This document shows, piece by piece, positions 30,853 to 40,478 of a DNA stretch of 57,313 nucleotides (the first letter of the stretch is position 1; each line of letters begins with the position of its first letter). Origin of the DNA: an uncultured archaeon (GTDB lineage Archaea > Thermoplasmatota > Penumbrarchaeia > JASLWR01); NCBI GenBank assembly GCA_964342815.1, contig CAYFHS010000025.1:1-57313 (forward strand), read 5' to 3'. The position numbers and the translations under genes are program-made. The notes below the pieces were generated by a model. It saw nothing but the letters and a program-made list of their open reading frames with translations. It was not told the origin of the DNA and ran no database searches.

Positions 30853-30957
30853 ATGTCCGAAAATACTAATAGTCTCAGGATTACGACAATTGCTTTTTAT
30901 CGAAAGATATGTATCCTCTGCATGATAATATCATACTTGGTGGTATGATTGTTGGAA

Positions 30958-31362
30958 CTAAAAGCGAAAATCGGAATCCGGGATCAGGTAGTTATCCCCA
31001 CACCTACCGTGAAATATTTCAAATTCATGCTGGCGAAGATGTATTTTTAGGAAAAAAGGATGGGAGATAGGAAAAGATATATTGGAATTACCAAATTTGA
31101 AGATATCTTTTCCATCAATGAGGAGGGAACCGTTGATTATACGGACCGTATCGTTTACAGGCGCAGGAAAGTTGGTGCTGAAAGGTGGAGTTAGATAAAT
31201 GGGGGTACGCGGAAACCTTATAACACTTGAGGTGTTTGAAGTTTTATGAATCTCTGTGTATGTATAACTTGAAAAAATCAGGGGGAGCGGAAACGCACCC
31301 GAGATCAATGTGCAACAGATGACCACCTGCCATTTTCTCCAACGAGAAAACATCATTTGCAA
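30958..31362 (-). CDS. Hypothetical protein with N-terminal hydrophobic segment
   Basis: 134-aa ORF filling an intergenic gap; no family recognised. Confidence 0.4.
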   Translation of the reverse strand: MQMMFSRWRKWQVVICCTLISGAFPLPLIFSSYTYTEIHKTSNTSSVIRFPRTPIYLTPPFSTNFPAPVNDTVRIINGSLLIDGKDIFKFGNSNISFPISHPFFLKIHLRQHEFEIFHGRCGDNYLIPDSDFRF

Positions 31363-31404
31363 CCAAAAGATGAATGGAGATATAACTGTTTCTGTTCCGG
31401 TGGG

Positions 31405-31902
31405 TTATTGATTTTCCAATCGCGGAGTACCAGTTAGGTCTAATTGGCGTTTGTTCGTTATTTTTGTTTGAAAAAATCCTTCGCTTGTGTGCTTTTCATT
31501 TTCGTCGCTCGTGGTATCTCGGAATCTAAAGAGTAGATCAGCGATCTGATTTTTGAACAGCATACCAAGACAGAGTGCTATCAATGCGATGTTCAGTGCC
31601 AGGACTGCTTTGCTCGTTATGTCGAATCTTATATTTTCCCACACGGCGAACAGGTTTATCAGCAACGAAATGACCCAGATCGGACGAACATTCACACCAA
31701 ATTTAGCCTGTTCGGAAGAAAGGTACCAACCGTCACCCATTTTCTCGAAGCGGCGGTCGCTCTTTAACAAACGGCCCATCCCAGTTGCGGACATACATCC
31801 CTTGCGCCTTGCAAACTCGTCGCATATCATATGGATGCTTGCAGGCTGACCACGATCGGTCAAGAACTGATATACGGCATTCTTCAATCGGCTCTTACGC
31901 AT
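31405..31902 (-). CDS. Hypothetical protein: N-terminal winged-helix-like region plus 2 TM helices
   Basis: LKNAVYQFLTDRGQPASIHMI...LKSDRRFEKMGDGWYL, then two hydrophobic helices. Confidence 0.6.
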   Translation of the reverse strand: MRKSRLKNAVYQFLTDRGQPASIHMICDEFARRKGCMSATGMGRLLKSDRRFEKMGDGWYLSSEQAKFGVNVRPIWVISLLINLFAVWENIRFDITSKAVLALNIALIALCLGMLFKNQIADLLFRFRDTTSDENEKHTSEGFFQTKITNKRQLDLTGTPRLENQ

Positions 31903-32136
31903 TTGATAACCTAATCACTGTTTCTTATTCGCTTCTATTATATAATAATTGTTTAGATGTGTTCGAATGAAAATAATTTATTTCACCTGGTTTGTTCTTT
32001 TTCTCAATTATTGTCTCAATGATCAGGGAAAGAAGAAATAAATATGTTAGGTGCGAAAATATATCAACATCACATAGAACAATCCGCAGCAAATGAATGG
32101 CAAATTAATATAAATCCAGGAATGTTATCATGAACC

Positions 32137-32934
32137 ATGGGTTCGGTTGCACTTTTTTTCCTCTCCCTATTCGTTCTGGGTCTTTCAAGAGGAGCTGTGA
32201 TATGCACCACCGTGTGCGGACCGGGCCTCATATCTTACTTGGTTCTCAACAGGAAAAACCCGCGTCAATCTTTGAGCCTAACGTTCTTCTTCTGCATACC
32301 CCGCATATTACTGCTTACGCTTCTTGGTGGGGTTGTTGGATACCTAACCTATGAGATATCCTCAATTACTGGTCTCGCGGAACTCTCCACGAGCCTTCAC
32401 AGCGCAGTTTATCTCATATTCGGAATCATACTGATAATACTGGGATTTTATCTTCTCGCGAAATCCATAGACGAGAGAAGCGATTTCAGAGAGGGGCTTC
32501 TCAATCCCGCGAACAAACGGCCAAAACCATGCCGCAGACACCGGACCATAAAAGGAAAAAACATTTTATCCCGCATGTTGGATGGCAATTATACAACATC
32601 TCCTTGGAAGGAGAATGGGGCCATGATGATACTGGGATTTACTTTAGGTATAGGATGTCTGGGAGAGATCACGCTAGTAGAAGGAACTCTTCTCACCACT
32701 GGGGCTGTATTTATGAGTTCCACACTTATGGGGACAATCCTCAACGGTTTTTTGGGAATGTTGATTTTTTCCCTTGGCCTAACGGTTCCCCTCATAATCA
32801 TCGCCATGGGCGCCGGTTACCTGTCATCCCGGATCGATACTTACAAAGGCCTGAATATATTCAAAACGATTGTCTCGATAATAATCATGGTCACCGGTAC
32901 ATTTATAATTATTTTCAATTCAGGTATAATTTAA
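32137..32934 (+). CDS. CcdA/DsbD-like (TauE/SafE-related) multi-pass membrane protein
   Basis: 6-7 TM helices, CTTVCGP and GIGC cysteines, FSLGLTVPL motif. Confidence 0.7.
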   Translation: MGSVALFFLSLFVLGLSRGAVICTTVCGPGLISYLVLNRKNPRQSLSLTFFFCIPRILLLTLLGGVVGYLTYEISSITGLAELSTSLHSAVYLIFGIILIILGFYLLAKSIDERSDFREGLLNPANKRPKPCRRHRTIKGKNILSRMLDGNYTTSPWKENGAMMILGFTLGIGCLGEITLVEGTLLTTGAVFMSSTLMGTILNGFLGMLIFSLGLTVPLIIIAMGAGYLSSRIDTYKGLNIFKTIVSIIIMVTGTFIIIFNSGII

Positions 32935-32998
32935 AAACAAACGATCTATCAAGAACATTGGGTTGGCATGAACTGGAAAATGAGCATAATTGTAGACA

Positions 32999-34525
32999 TT
33001 AATGGGTTATGATAGGTGCTTTTTTCAACCACTCCAGATCGCTTATATAGAGCTGTCGGATATCATCGAGTCCGAACTTGAGCATGGCCAATCTTTCCAA
33101 TCCGAGACCCCATGCAAGCACAGGCTCTTCAACATCGAATGGTGCAACCACCTCGGGCCTGAATATCCCGCTGCCCCCAAGCTCGAGCCATTCTCCCTTG
33201 AACTTCACTTCAACTTCCATGGAAGGCTCGGTATATGGAAAATATGCGGGCCTCATACGTATCTCGGAAAACCCCATGCGTCTGTAGAACTCCTTCAGGA
33301 TTCCAAGCAACATTCTGAAGGAAGAACCTTCTTCGACAACGATGCCTTCTACCTGGTAGAACTCCGGTAAATGCGTCCTGTCTATTGATTCCTTTCTGAA
33401 CACAGGTTCGATGGAAAAAACCTTTATGGGCGGTTTATTGTGTTTCGAAAGGTACCTGATGGTGTTCACCGTTGTATGGGTTCGGAGGAGCGGTTTTCTT
33501 GCCATGTCCATAGACCAGCTACCACCCCAACCATCGGAGCCGGTATCGCCGCCATTTTCCTGAATTATTCTAACGGCTTCTGTCAGTTCATTTCCGGGCA
33601 TTTCTGTCTTTGAAGGTTGTTTCAGATAGAAGGTGTCCTGCATGTCCCGAGCCGGATGGTCCTGTGGTATGAATAACGCGTCCATGTTCCAGAAGGCCGG
33701 CTCGACGTAATTTCCCCAAATCTCGCTGAAACCCATATCAAGGAAAATCTTTCTTATCTTTCTTATAAGCCGACCCAGCGGGTTCTCTTTTCCCCCGTAT
33801 ATTGTGGGTGCAAAAGAGCCGATATCGTACGGACGTAGTTCCACCTGTCCCCATTCTCCACTTTGCAGCAGTTCAGGAGTGAGCTGCCCAACTTGTTTTT
33901 TCAGCACTAATCCTTCACGTACTATCTCCCGTCCTTTTTCTGTTAAAGAAATGAACCTTCGTATCTTTTCCTTCTTGACTATCACATCCTTTCTTCGGGA
34001 GAGCATGGAAAGGTCATTCGCATTCACTTCTGATACATTGATCTCTCCTTTCTCGAAAAGACGTTTTATCAACAATTCGTCCCCGCCTTTTTTGCTGAGC
34101 GAGTTCCTTCCCTTCTCACTGAGCGATAGATAAGTTTCTTTTCCGTCTTTTACAATATCTACCCAGCCCTTTCGCCTCATCCATCCTATTGCAATTGATG
34201 GCACACCTTTGGGCAACCCGGATTTGCTGTTAAAAACCGCCATGGAAACGGGCACCCGACTCTTTTTCAGGAATTTTATCCCGGTCCTCTCAGGAAGATC
34301 TTTACCTCCCGAACTCTTGCGAGCGAGGGAAACCGTCTCCTCTATCTTTTCCTCCATTACCACAATGCCCTTCATCTGTAGCCATGAAGATGCATTCATA
34401 ACCTCGACGAGGTGGGTGAACCTCCCCTGGTCCACGATCCTTTCCGGTGTTGCCTTTCCTAGGGTGGAAAGGGCCAGCATTACCTTCTTTTCGAAATAGC
34501 TCAGTTTCTCTTTTTCGCTGGTCAT
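32999..34525 (-). CDS. pheS: Phenylalanine--tRNA ligase alpha subunit (archaeal long form)
   Basis: FWNMDALFIPQDHPARDMQDTFYL, LLRTHTT, DRTHLPEFYQVEG, YFPYTEPS, AWGLGLERLAM; N-terminal winged-helix extension. Confidence 0.97.
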   Translation of the reverse strand: MTSEKEKLSYFEKKVMLALSTLGKATPERIVDQGRFTHLVEVMNASSWLQMKGIVVMEEKIEETVSLARKSSGGKDLPERTGIKFLKKSRVPVSMAVFNSKSGLPKGVPSIAIGWMRRKGWVDIVKDGKETYLSLSEKGRNSLSKKGGDELLIKRLFEKGEINVSEVNANDLSMLSRRKDVIVKKEKIRRFISLTEKGREIVREGLVLKKQVGQLTPELLQSGEWGQVELRPYDIGSFAPTIYGGKENPLGRLIRKIRKIFLDMGFSEIWGNYVEPAFWNMDALFIPQDHPARDMQDTFYLKQPSKTEMPGNELTEAVRIIQENGGDTGSDGWGGSWSMDMARKPLLRTHTTVNTIRYLSKHNKPPIKVFSIEPVFRKESIDRTHLPEFYQVEGIVVEEGSSFRMLLGILKEFYRRMGFSEIRMRPAYFPYTEPSMEVEVKFKGEWLELGGSGIFRPEVVAPFDVEEPVLAWGLGLERLAMLKFGLDDIRQLYISDLEWLKKAPIITH

Positions 34526-34623
34526 TATATCACTTAAGCGCCCTACAGCTCATTTATACGAGGTAGTTTGACAAATAAAAGTATCTTAATAATCTTTGGG
34601 TTATAATCTCCGGTTTCATCAAA

Positions 34624-35265
34624 CTATGTTGTTTTTGGATTTGAATCACGGAAATTTTTTATGGTTCCGGTAGCGGATCCCAAGAGACAAAAACCGAGAT
34701 TGGCCACCACACCCAATGTGAGGATCAGGTATTCGCGTCCTTGTGTGCTCACCTCGTTCACGGTTCCCTTTGTGAAAGCATCCAGAATCGAATATAATAA
34801 TAATATCTGAAGGGCCGATACCAAGACTGCCGCCAAAAATCCAATTTCTACAGCATACCTCTTTTCAACCCAGCGGCTCCCCCTTCTTCCGGCTATAAAA
34901 GGGACCAGTGTGAACGTGAACAAAGGACCAACAATCGGCACGAGTAATAGAGGGAGCAACACCATCCACCAGATGATGGTGGAGAAAAACCCCCGATGAT
35001 ATTTCTGTATTCCGTGGAAAGTTTTTTCTGCCTCGCCCGTTTTTTCCGTTTCTGTCTTTTGTTTCGGTTTAGCTTTCCTTTTCTTTCTTATCTTCTTCAA
35101 CTTCGCTTTAGTCCTCTTTCTACTTTCCTTTCCACTGACAAGTTTTTCCTTTTTTTTCTCTTCCCAAGGCTGCCTGTCGATTGGGTCCGGCTCAGCTTCA
35201 TCTAGGGGTTCCATGGGCCCCGGTAGATCTTCGTCGGTTTTCCGAGCAAATATTTTTTTTGACAT
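34624..35265 (-). CDS. Hypothetical membrane protein with Lys/Glu-rich N-terminus
   Basis: 213-aa ORF, charged N-half, 3-4 TM helices. Confidence 0.7.
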   Translation of the reverse strand: MSKKIFARKTDEDLPGPMEPLDEAEPDPIDRQPWEEKKKEKLVSGKESRKRTKAKLKKIRKKRKAKPKQKTETEKTGEAEKTFHGIQKYHRGFFSTIIWWMVLLPLLLVPIVGPLFTFTLVPFIAGRRGSRWVEKRYAVEIGFLAAVLVSALQILLLYSILDAFTKGTVNEVSTQGREYLILTLGVVANLGFCLLGSATGTIKNFRDSNPKTT

Positions 35266-35403
35266 TTTGCCAGTACTCCGCTCGATTATTTTTTGTTTTT
35301 GTATTAATACAGGAACATTAACGACGTATAGTAATATATATTTTGGTTTCGGTAGAAGTTCAAAGAAACAGATTCAATATAAAAAATTTACTTTAAATTA
35401 AAA

Positions 35404-35530
35404 AAGCGCTGAGGGAGGGATTCAGAACCCAAAACTTTTTGTTGCGTGGGTCCGCTGGAAAGGGCAGTGCAAAAAGTTTTGGCTTTTCCCAAAACCCTGC
35501 CCTTCCCTGCTCGCCACGCTTGGAATGAAT
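35404..35530. repeat. 127-bp palindromic mini-element bounded by a copy of the tRNA-Ser 3' end
   Basis: AAGCGCTGAGGGAGGGATTC at 35404-35423 and 35531-35550; internal perfect 11-bp inverted repeat AAAACTTTTTG/CAAAAAGTTTT. Confidence 0.8.
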
Positions 35531-35533
35531 AAG

Positions 35534-35618
35534 CGCTGAGGGAGGGATTCGAACCCCCGTGGTGTCGAGCACCACCGGCTCTCAAGGCCGGCGCCGTACC
35601 TGGCTAAGCTACCTCAGC
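35534..35618 (-). tRNA. tRNA-Ser(TGA)
   Basis: Acceptor GCTGAGG/CCTCAGC, G73, anticodon arm CCGGC-CTTGAGA-GCCGG, long variable arm, T-arm GGGGG-TTCGAAT-CCCTC. Confidence 0.95.
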
Positions 35619-35725
35619 TTCGGAAAACGTGATTGAAATCTGATTTTAAATTATTTTTGTAGTAAAACCAGGAATGTAAAAAATAAATACTATGAAAAAT
35701 CTGATTGGAGGTCAAGGGTGAATTA

Positions 35726-36220
35726 ATGGCCGTGTTGAGCGATGTGGACATAATTAAAGAAATTGAGAAAAAAAATCTCATTATCGATCCTTTTTCCCAA
35801 AATAACCTTACACCAAACGGGTATGACCTTTCCATAAGAGAAGTAATGATACCGGAACTGATCAAGAGGGTGGTTTCAGGAAAGGCATTGATCCCGGCAA
35901 AAATGTGGTTCGCAGTGGCCACCATAGAACGATTGAAATTCGGACCCCAGCTCGTGGGAAGCTGTTTGATACGTACTACTTTTGCCAGACAGGGTTTCAT
36001 CCCGGCCTTTGGTATGATCGATGCGGGATTCGAGGGAACGCTAACATTAAATTTTTTTAACAGCAGCAAAAGTGATAAGGTCCTCCTGATCGGCGATAGA
36101 ATCGCACAACTGGTGGTCCAACGGCTCAGTTCGACCCCGTCGTCGCTCTATGATGAAAAAAGCGGCAATTATCAAGGGCAGACAAACGTAACACTTTCGA
36201 AAAATTCCCCTGGGTTCTGA
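35726..36220 (+). CDS. dcd: dCTP deaminase
   Basis: LSDVDI, LTPNGYDLS, RTTFARQG, IDAGFEGTLTL, RIAQLV; GGTGA RBS before ATG 35726. Confidence 0.88.
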   Translation: MAVLSDVDIIKEIEKKNLIIDPFSQNNLTPNGYDLSIREVMIPELIKRVVSGKALIPAKMWFAVATIERLKFGPQLVGSCLIRTTFARQGFIPAFGMIDAGFEGTLTLNFFNSSKSDKVLLIGDRIAQLVVQRLSSTPSSLYDEKSGNYQGQTNVTLSKNSPGF

Positions 36221-36224
36221 TCCC

Positions 36225-36665
36225 ATGACCGGCTCAACCAATTATGAATCTACTGGGAATCACAATACTCCGTCCGCATGTAAAAGTTACTCGTGCTCGA
36301 AATGCTGTCACGAGACTGAAATGACCCTTTCTGAAGAAGACATTCGGTTAATACTGGAAAAGGGACATTTGGAATTTACAAGGCTCGTAGATGGGTATCA
36401 GTGTCTTGAAAATGTCAATGGAGCCTGTGTGTTCCTTGAGAATGGACTTTGTTCGATATACGAATACCGTCCCCTTGGCTGCCGGTTTTATCCGGTGATA
36501 TTCGACGAGGAAAGGAATTGCGCAATAATGGATGAATTTTGTCCGTACTTGGAAATGTTTCGGATCGAACCAGGACAGCAGGAAACTCTCGCCAAGGCCA
36601 TCGCAAACGAGGACAGGGAAAGACAGAGACGAATATCAGCCAGTCTTTTCTCTCCCAGAGACTGA
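36225..36665 (+). CDS. YkgJ-family cysteine-cluster protein
   Basis: CSKCC, CVFLENGLCSIYEYRPLGCRFYP. Confidence 0.88.
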   Translation: MTGSTNYESTGNHNTPSACKSYSCSKCCHETEMTLSEEDIRLILEKGHLEFTRLVDGYQCLENVNGACVFLENGLCSIYEYRPLGCRFYPVIFDEERNCAIMDEFCPYLEMFRIEPGQQETLAKAIANEDRERQRRISASLFSPRD

Positions 36666-38117
36666 GTTCTTTAGTATCTTTCCCGCTGAAGTTATGGTTA
36701 TCATGTTCGTTCCAGCGCCTAAAGGGAGAAGATTACCGGCAATGATAAGTTTTTCATTTTTCTCGATGTAATTTTTCTCCAGACAAATTTGGCTAACTTT
36801 TCCAAGCTTCCGGACCGTATCAGGTATCTTTTCCAGTTCTGGAATATGTAAGGGCTCCACGCCCCAGATCAATCTCATTTCCCTGGCGGTCCTGACATTG
36901 GAGGTGATCCCGATAATGGGCAGGAACGGTCTGTATTTTGAGATCATTTTGGCTGTATGACTGCTTGCCGTAAGACAAATTATTTTCCCTTTTTTGTACT
37001 TGATATCACTGAATTCCTTCCCGGCCGCATAAACAAGGTGTCCGATAATCTCCGATGTGTTCTCGTCCTCCGAGTCGTACTCATCTGGATCCCGCACTTC
37101 GAACAAAGCTTCAGATGTTTTTATCACTCGTTCCATCATGAGAACGGCTTCAGCTGGAAAACTGCCTGATGCTGTCTCTGCACTGAGCATCACTGCATCC
37201 GCCCCGTCTTCTATTGCGTTGAATACATCTGATACTTCCGCCCTCGTAGGTACGGGAGATTTGATCATGGATTCCAGCATCTGCGTCGCAACGATTATGG
37301 GCTTTCCCGCGATATTGCATTTCCATATCATGTCTTTTTGGAATGGTATGACCTGCTCTGGTGGGATCTCCACTCCGAGATCTCCGCGGGCCACCATAAT
37401 ACCGTCGGATACCTTTAAAATATTGTCGAAGTTGGTAAGAGCAACGGGTCTTTCTATCTTGGAAATCAGTTTGATACTTTTATTGCCGAAATCGGCCAAT
37501 ATCTTTCTGATCTTCATCACATCCGCCGCAGTACCGATAAATGACATGGCTACAAACTCGGGATCCAGCCCGGCGATCAATTTAAGATCTTTGACGTCCT
37601 TTTCAGTGGGCACCGTTAGGGAGATCTTAGTGGAGGGCAGATTCACTCCTTTTCTGCTTGTAAGGAAACCTCCCGATCGGATATGGCATCCTATTTCAGT
37701 CCCATCTATCTTTTCCACTTTGAGGCAGACTATTCCGTCATTTATAAATATCAACTCTCCGGGTTTTATCTCCTCAGGCAGCTTTCCGTAGTTAATTGTG
37801 ATCCGCTTCTCGTCACCGACTACATCCTGGGTGGTTAATATAATTTTATTTCCGGGATGAAGTGTCACACCTCCCTCTTTGATGGTCCCTATGCGTATTT
37901 TTGGGCCCTGTATATCGCATAAAATTGCCAGTTTCCCGTCCGCACTCCTGATCCTTTTGAACAGATCCGACTTGTATTCATCCGTACCGTGCGAAAAATT
38001 GATTCTCGCACAATCCATACCTATACCGGATAATTTTTTAATTTGTTCAGCAGAATCCGTTGCTGGACCGATGGTGCAGATTATTTTGGATTTAGTAATC
38101 GATTTTTTAACTTCCAT
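36636..38117 (-). CDS. pyk: Pyruvate kinase
   Basis: KIICTIGPA, ARINFSHG, DIQGPKIRIG, ISKIE, MVARGDLGVE, ATQMLESM, DAVMLSAETA; start may extend to 38150. Confidence 0.96.
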   Translation of the reverse strand: MEVKKSITKSKIICTIGPATDSAEQIKKLSGIGMDCARINFSHGTDEYKSDLFKRIRSADGKLAILCDIQGPKIRIGTIKEGGVTLHPGNKIILTTQDVVGDEKRITINYGKLPEEIKPGELIFINDGIVCLKVEKIDGTEIGCHIRSGGFLTSRKGVNLPSTKISLTVPTEKDVKDLKLIAGLDPEFVAMSFIGTAADVMKIRKILADFGNKSIKLISKIERPVALTNFDNILKVSDGIMVARGDLGVEIPPEQVIPFQKDMIWKCNIAGKPIIVATQMLESMIKSPVPTRAEVSDVFNAIEDGADAVMLSAETASGSFPAEAVLMMERVIKTSEALFEVRDPDEYDSEDENTSEIIGHLVYAAGKEFSDIKYKKGKIICLTASSHTAKMISKYRPFLPIIGITSNVRTAREMRLIWGVEPLHIPELEKIPDTVRKLGKVSQICLEKNYIEKNEKLIIAGNLLPLGAGTNMITITSAGKILKNSVSGREKTG

Positions 38118-38139
38118 GTATTCGTTCCCCTGTTCCATA

Positions 38140-38868
38140 TCAATCGGCATTAGTTACGTTCAGGAGTATCCTTGCGTCCACGGCAATGACACCCTTGTTA
38201 GTTATTAGAAGAGGATTAATGTCCAACTCGTCTATTTCCGGGTTGGATATGACTAGTTTCGAGACATTTTCAAGTATTTCAATTATTGTGTTCGGGTCGG
38301 CTCTGGGTAAACCCCGAATTCCCTCTAGCAGTGCTTTGCCCTTGATCTCACCTGCCATATCCCTTGCATCGTTGGCAGAGATGGGAATTAACCTGAAGCT
38401 GACGTCCTTGTACACTTCAACAAAGATACCGCCTATACCGAACATTATCATTGGTCCGAACTGCGGGTCCGTGGTGGTTCCCACGATTAGTTCGGTCCCG
38501 CTGACCATTTCCTCGATGAGAATTCCGTTTATCTCTGCATCGGGAACCTGCTTTTGAACTCCTCTCACGATATCCTCGTAGGTGTTTTTTACCTCTGTGG
38601 CGGAAGCTATATTAACCCTTACGCCTCCCACCTCCGTTTTGTGAATGACCTGTGGAGATACTATTTTCATCACAACGGGGTAACCCATATCGTCGGCAAT
38701 TTCAACCGCCTCTCCTGCACTTTTCGCAAGTCCGCATTTATTGAAAGGGATCCCGGCAAGCTCCATGATCTCTCGCGACTCTTCCAGGTTGAATACTTTC
38801 TGTCCCCTGTCGATAGCTTCCCGTATGAGACGAGATATCTTTTCGTTATTTTCGGTTCCAATGATCAC
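38140..38868 (-). CDS. acdB: Acetate--CoA ligase (ADP-forming) beta subunit, ATP-grasp
   Basis: GYPVVMKIVSPQVIHKTEVGGV, DPQFGPMIMFGIGGIFVE, ELDINPL, VDARI. Confidence 0.92.
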   Translation of the reverse strand: MIIGTENNEKISRLIREAIDRGQKVFNLEESREIMELAGIPFNKCGLAKSAGEAVEIADDMGYPVVMKIVSPQVIHKTEVGGVRVNIASATEVKNTYEDIVRGVQKQVPDAEINGILIEEMVSGTELIVGTTTDPQFGPMIMFGIGGIFVEVYKDVSFRLIPISANDARDMAGEIKGKALLEGIRGLPRADPNTIIEILENVSKLVISNPEIDELDINPLLITNKGVIAVDARILLNVTNAD

Positions 38869-40271
38869 ATTAATCCCTCCTTTTTTAGGAATCGCATGCG
38901 GTGTATCAGTGCGTACATTGCAAAGACTGCCCTTTCAGGGTATTCGACCTCGGGTATCCCGTTAGAGTCGAGAAAATTTTCGGATTCCTGAGAGACCATC
39001 CCAACGAAGGATGCCGTCACCGGTTTTCCGGATGCCTTATGAACCTCAACCGTTCTGGTGGCAATTTCCAGGGGGTCCGCCCTTGCCGTGGGGGACAGCA
39101 GAAGAATTACACCGTCAACCTCACTGGCACTCATCAATACGTTCAGCGATTCTTCGTATCTCTTTGCGGTAGCGTCTCCGATAATATCTACGGGGTTCCT
39201 GTGACTCCACGTCGGCGGGCATACCTTGTTCAGTCGTTCCACGGTATCCTCGCTTAGCTCTGCAAGGCTCATTCCCAGGCTGTAGGCGGTATCCGATGCA
39301 AGAACTCCCGGGCCCCCGGCGTTTGTAAGAATTGCAATGTTCTCGCCCCGAGGAACCGGCTGGTAAGCCAGAGCTCTCGATGCATCGAACAACTGGCTCA
39401 GCGTCTTTGCCCGGAAAATCCCGGACTGCTTGAAAGCTGCGTCATAGGCAATATCCGACCCGGCTATGCTTCCAGTGTGAGACGACGTGGCCTTGGCGCC
39501 TTCCTCTGTATATCCGGACTTGAATGCTACCACAGGAATATCTTTCACTATCCGCCGCGAGGTTTCGTAGAATTTCCTTGCGTCCTTTAGGGATTCGATG
39601 TAGAACATAACACACTTTGTATTTTCATCACGTGAAAAACATTCCAGCAGGTCTGCGTCATCTACGTCAGATTTGTTCCCAATACTTACGAAATTGGAAA
39701 AGCCAAGATGCTCCTCAAACGAATAATTGATAACCGAAGTACATAGCGCGCCGCTCTGGGATACGAAAGATATGGGCCCCTTGTTGGGCATTGCATCTCC
39801 AAAACTCGCGTTCAAGGCACTGTATGTACTAATAACTCCCAAGCAATTCGGACCAATGATCCTGATAGAGTATTGACCAGCAATATCCAGTATCTCCCTT
39901 TCAAGATCTTTTTCATCCTGTCCTCCTTCGGAGAATCCAGCTGTTATTATTACCACTGAATGAACTCCCATGGAACCGCATTCCTCCATTGCTTTCTTAA
40001 CGGCCACGGCGGGAATGCATATCACAGCTACATCCACGTCAGTGGGAACTTCCAGCATCGATTTATAGGATTTCAGTCCGCATACCTCATCGGCCTGAGG
40101 ATTGATGGGAAATATGCTCCCCTTGAATCCGTTTCTGAGGCCCATTCGCGCATTCTCCTTTGAGCCGTAGATTATATTCTTGAGAACGATATTTCCGATC
40201 TTACCTTCTTTTTGTGACGCACCAATCACGGCTACCGATCCAGGTTTAAAGAACTTGTCGATATATCCCAT
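38865..40271 (-). CDS. acdA: Acetate--CoA ligase (ADP-forming) alpha subunit
   Basis: SVAVIGAS, IIGPNCLG, SQSGAL, ATSSHTGSIAG (phospho-His), TNAGGPGV, NPVDIIGDA. Confidence 0.93.
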   Translation of the reverse strand: MGYIDKFFKPGSVAVIGASQKEGKIGNIVLKNIIYGSKENARMGLRNGFKGSIFPINPQADEVCGLKSYKSMLEVPTDVDVAVICIPAVAVKKAMEECGSMGVHSVVIITAGFSEGGQDEKDLEREILDIAGQYSIRIIGPNCLGVISTYSALNASFGDAMPNKGPISFVSQSGALCTSVINYSFEEHLGFSNFVSIGNKSDVDDADLLECFSRDENTKCVMFYIESLKDARKFYETSRRIVKDIPVVAFKSGYTEEGAKATSSHTGSIAGSDIAYDAAFKQSGIFRAKTLSQLFDASRALAYQPVPRGENIAILTNAGGPGVLASDTAYSLGMSLAELSEDTVERLNKVCPPTWSHRNPVDIIGDATAKRYEESLNVLMSASEVDGVILLLSPTARADPLEIATRTVEVHKASGKPVTASFVGMVSQESENFLDSNGIPEVEYPERAVFAMYALIHRMRFLKKEGLM

Positions 40272-40478
40272 TTCAAAACCACCTTTTTAAGTAACATCCT
40301 TGATAATCTCCTCTTTTACTATAAGCCTTTTGTCGCCGGTTTCGTGTGATAATCTTCCTCTGACATACGTATTATTGGTCGTGAACAACCTGGCCAAAAA
40401 TATTAACTATCAAAGGATAGATGGATTATGGAAGTATAAAATCTGTTTTTTGGATCCTATTATAAATGGTGTTTACGC

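Noticed and set aside
35404-35550. Intact prophage or island attL/attR
   Set aside because: Only 127 bp separate the repeats and no integrase is nearby.
35534-35618. Selenocysteine or opal-suppressor tRNA
   Set aside because: Anticodon 5'-TGA-3' reads UCA (Ser); tRNA-Sec needs TCA and an extended acceptor stem, whereas this one has a normal 7/5 fold.
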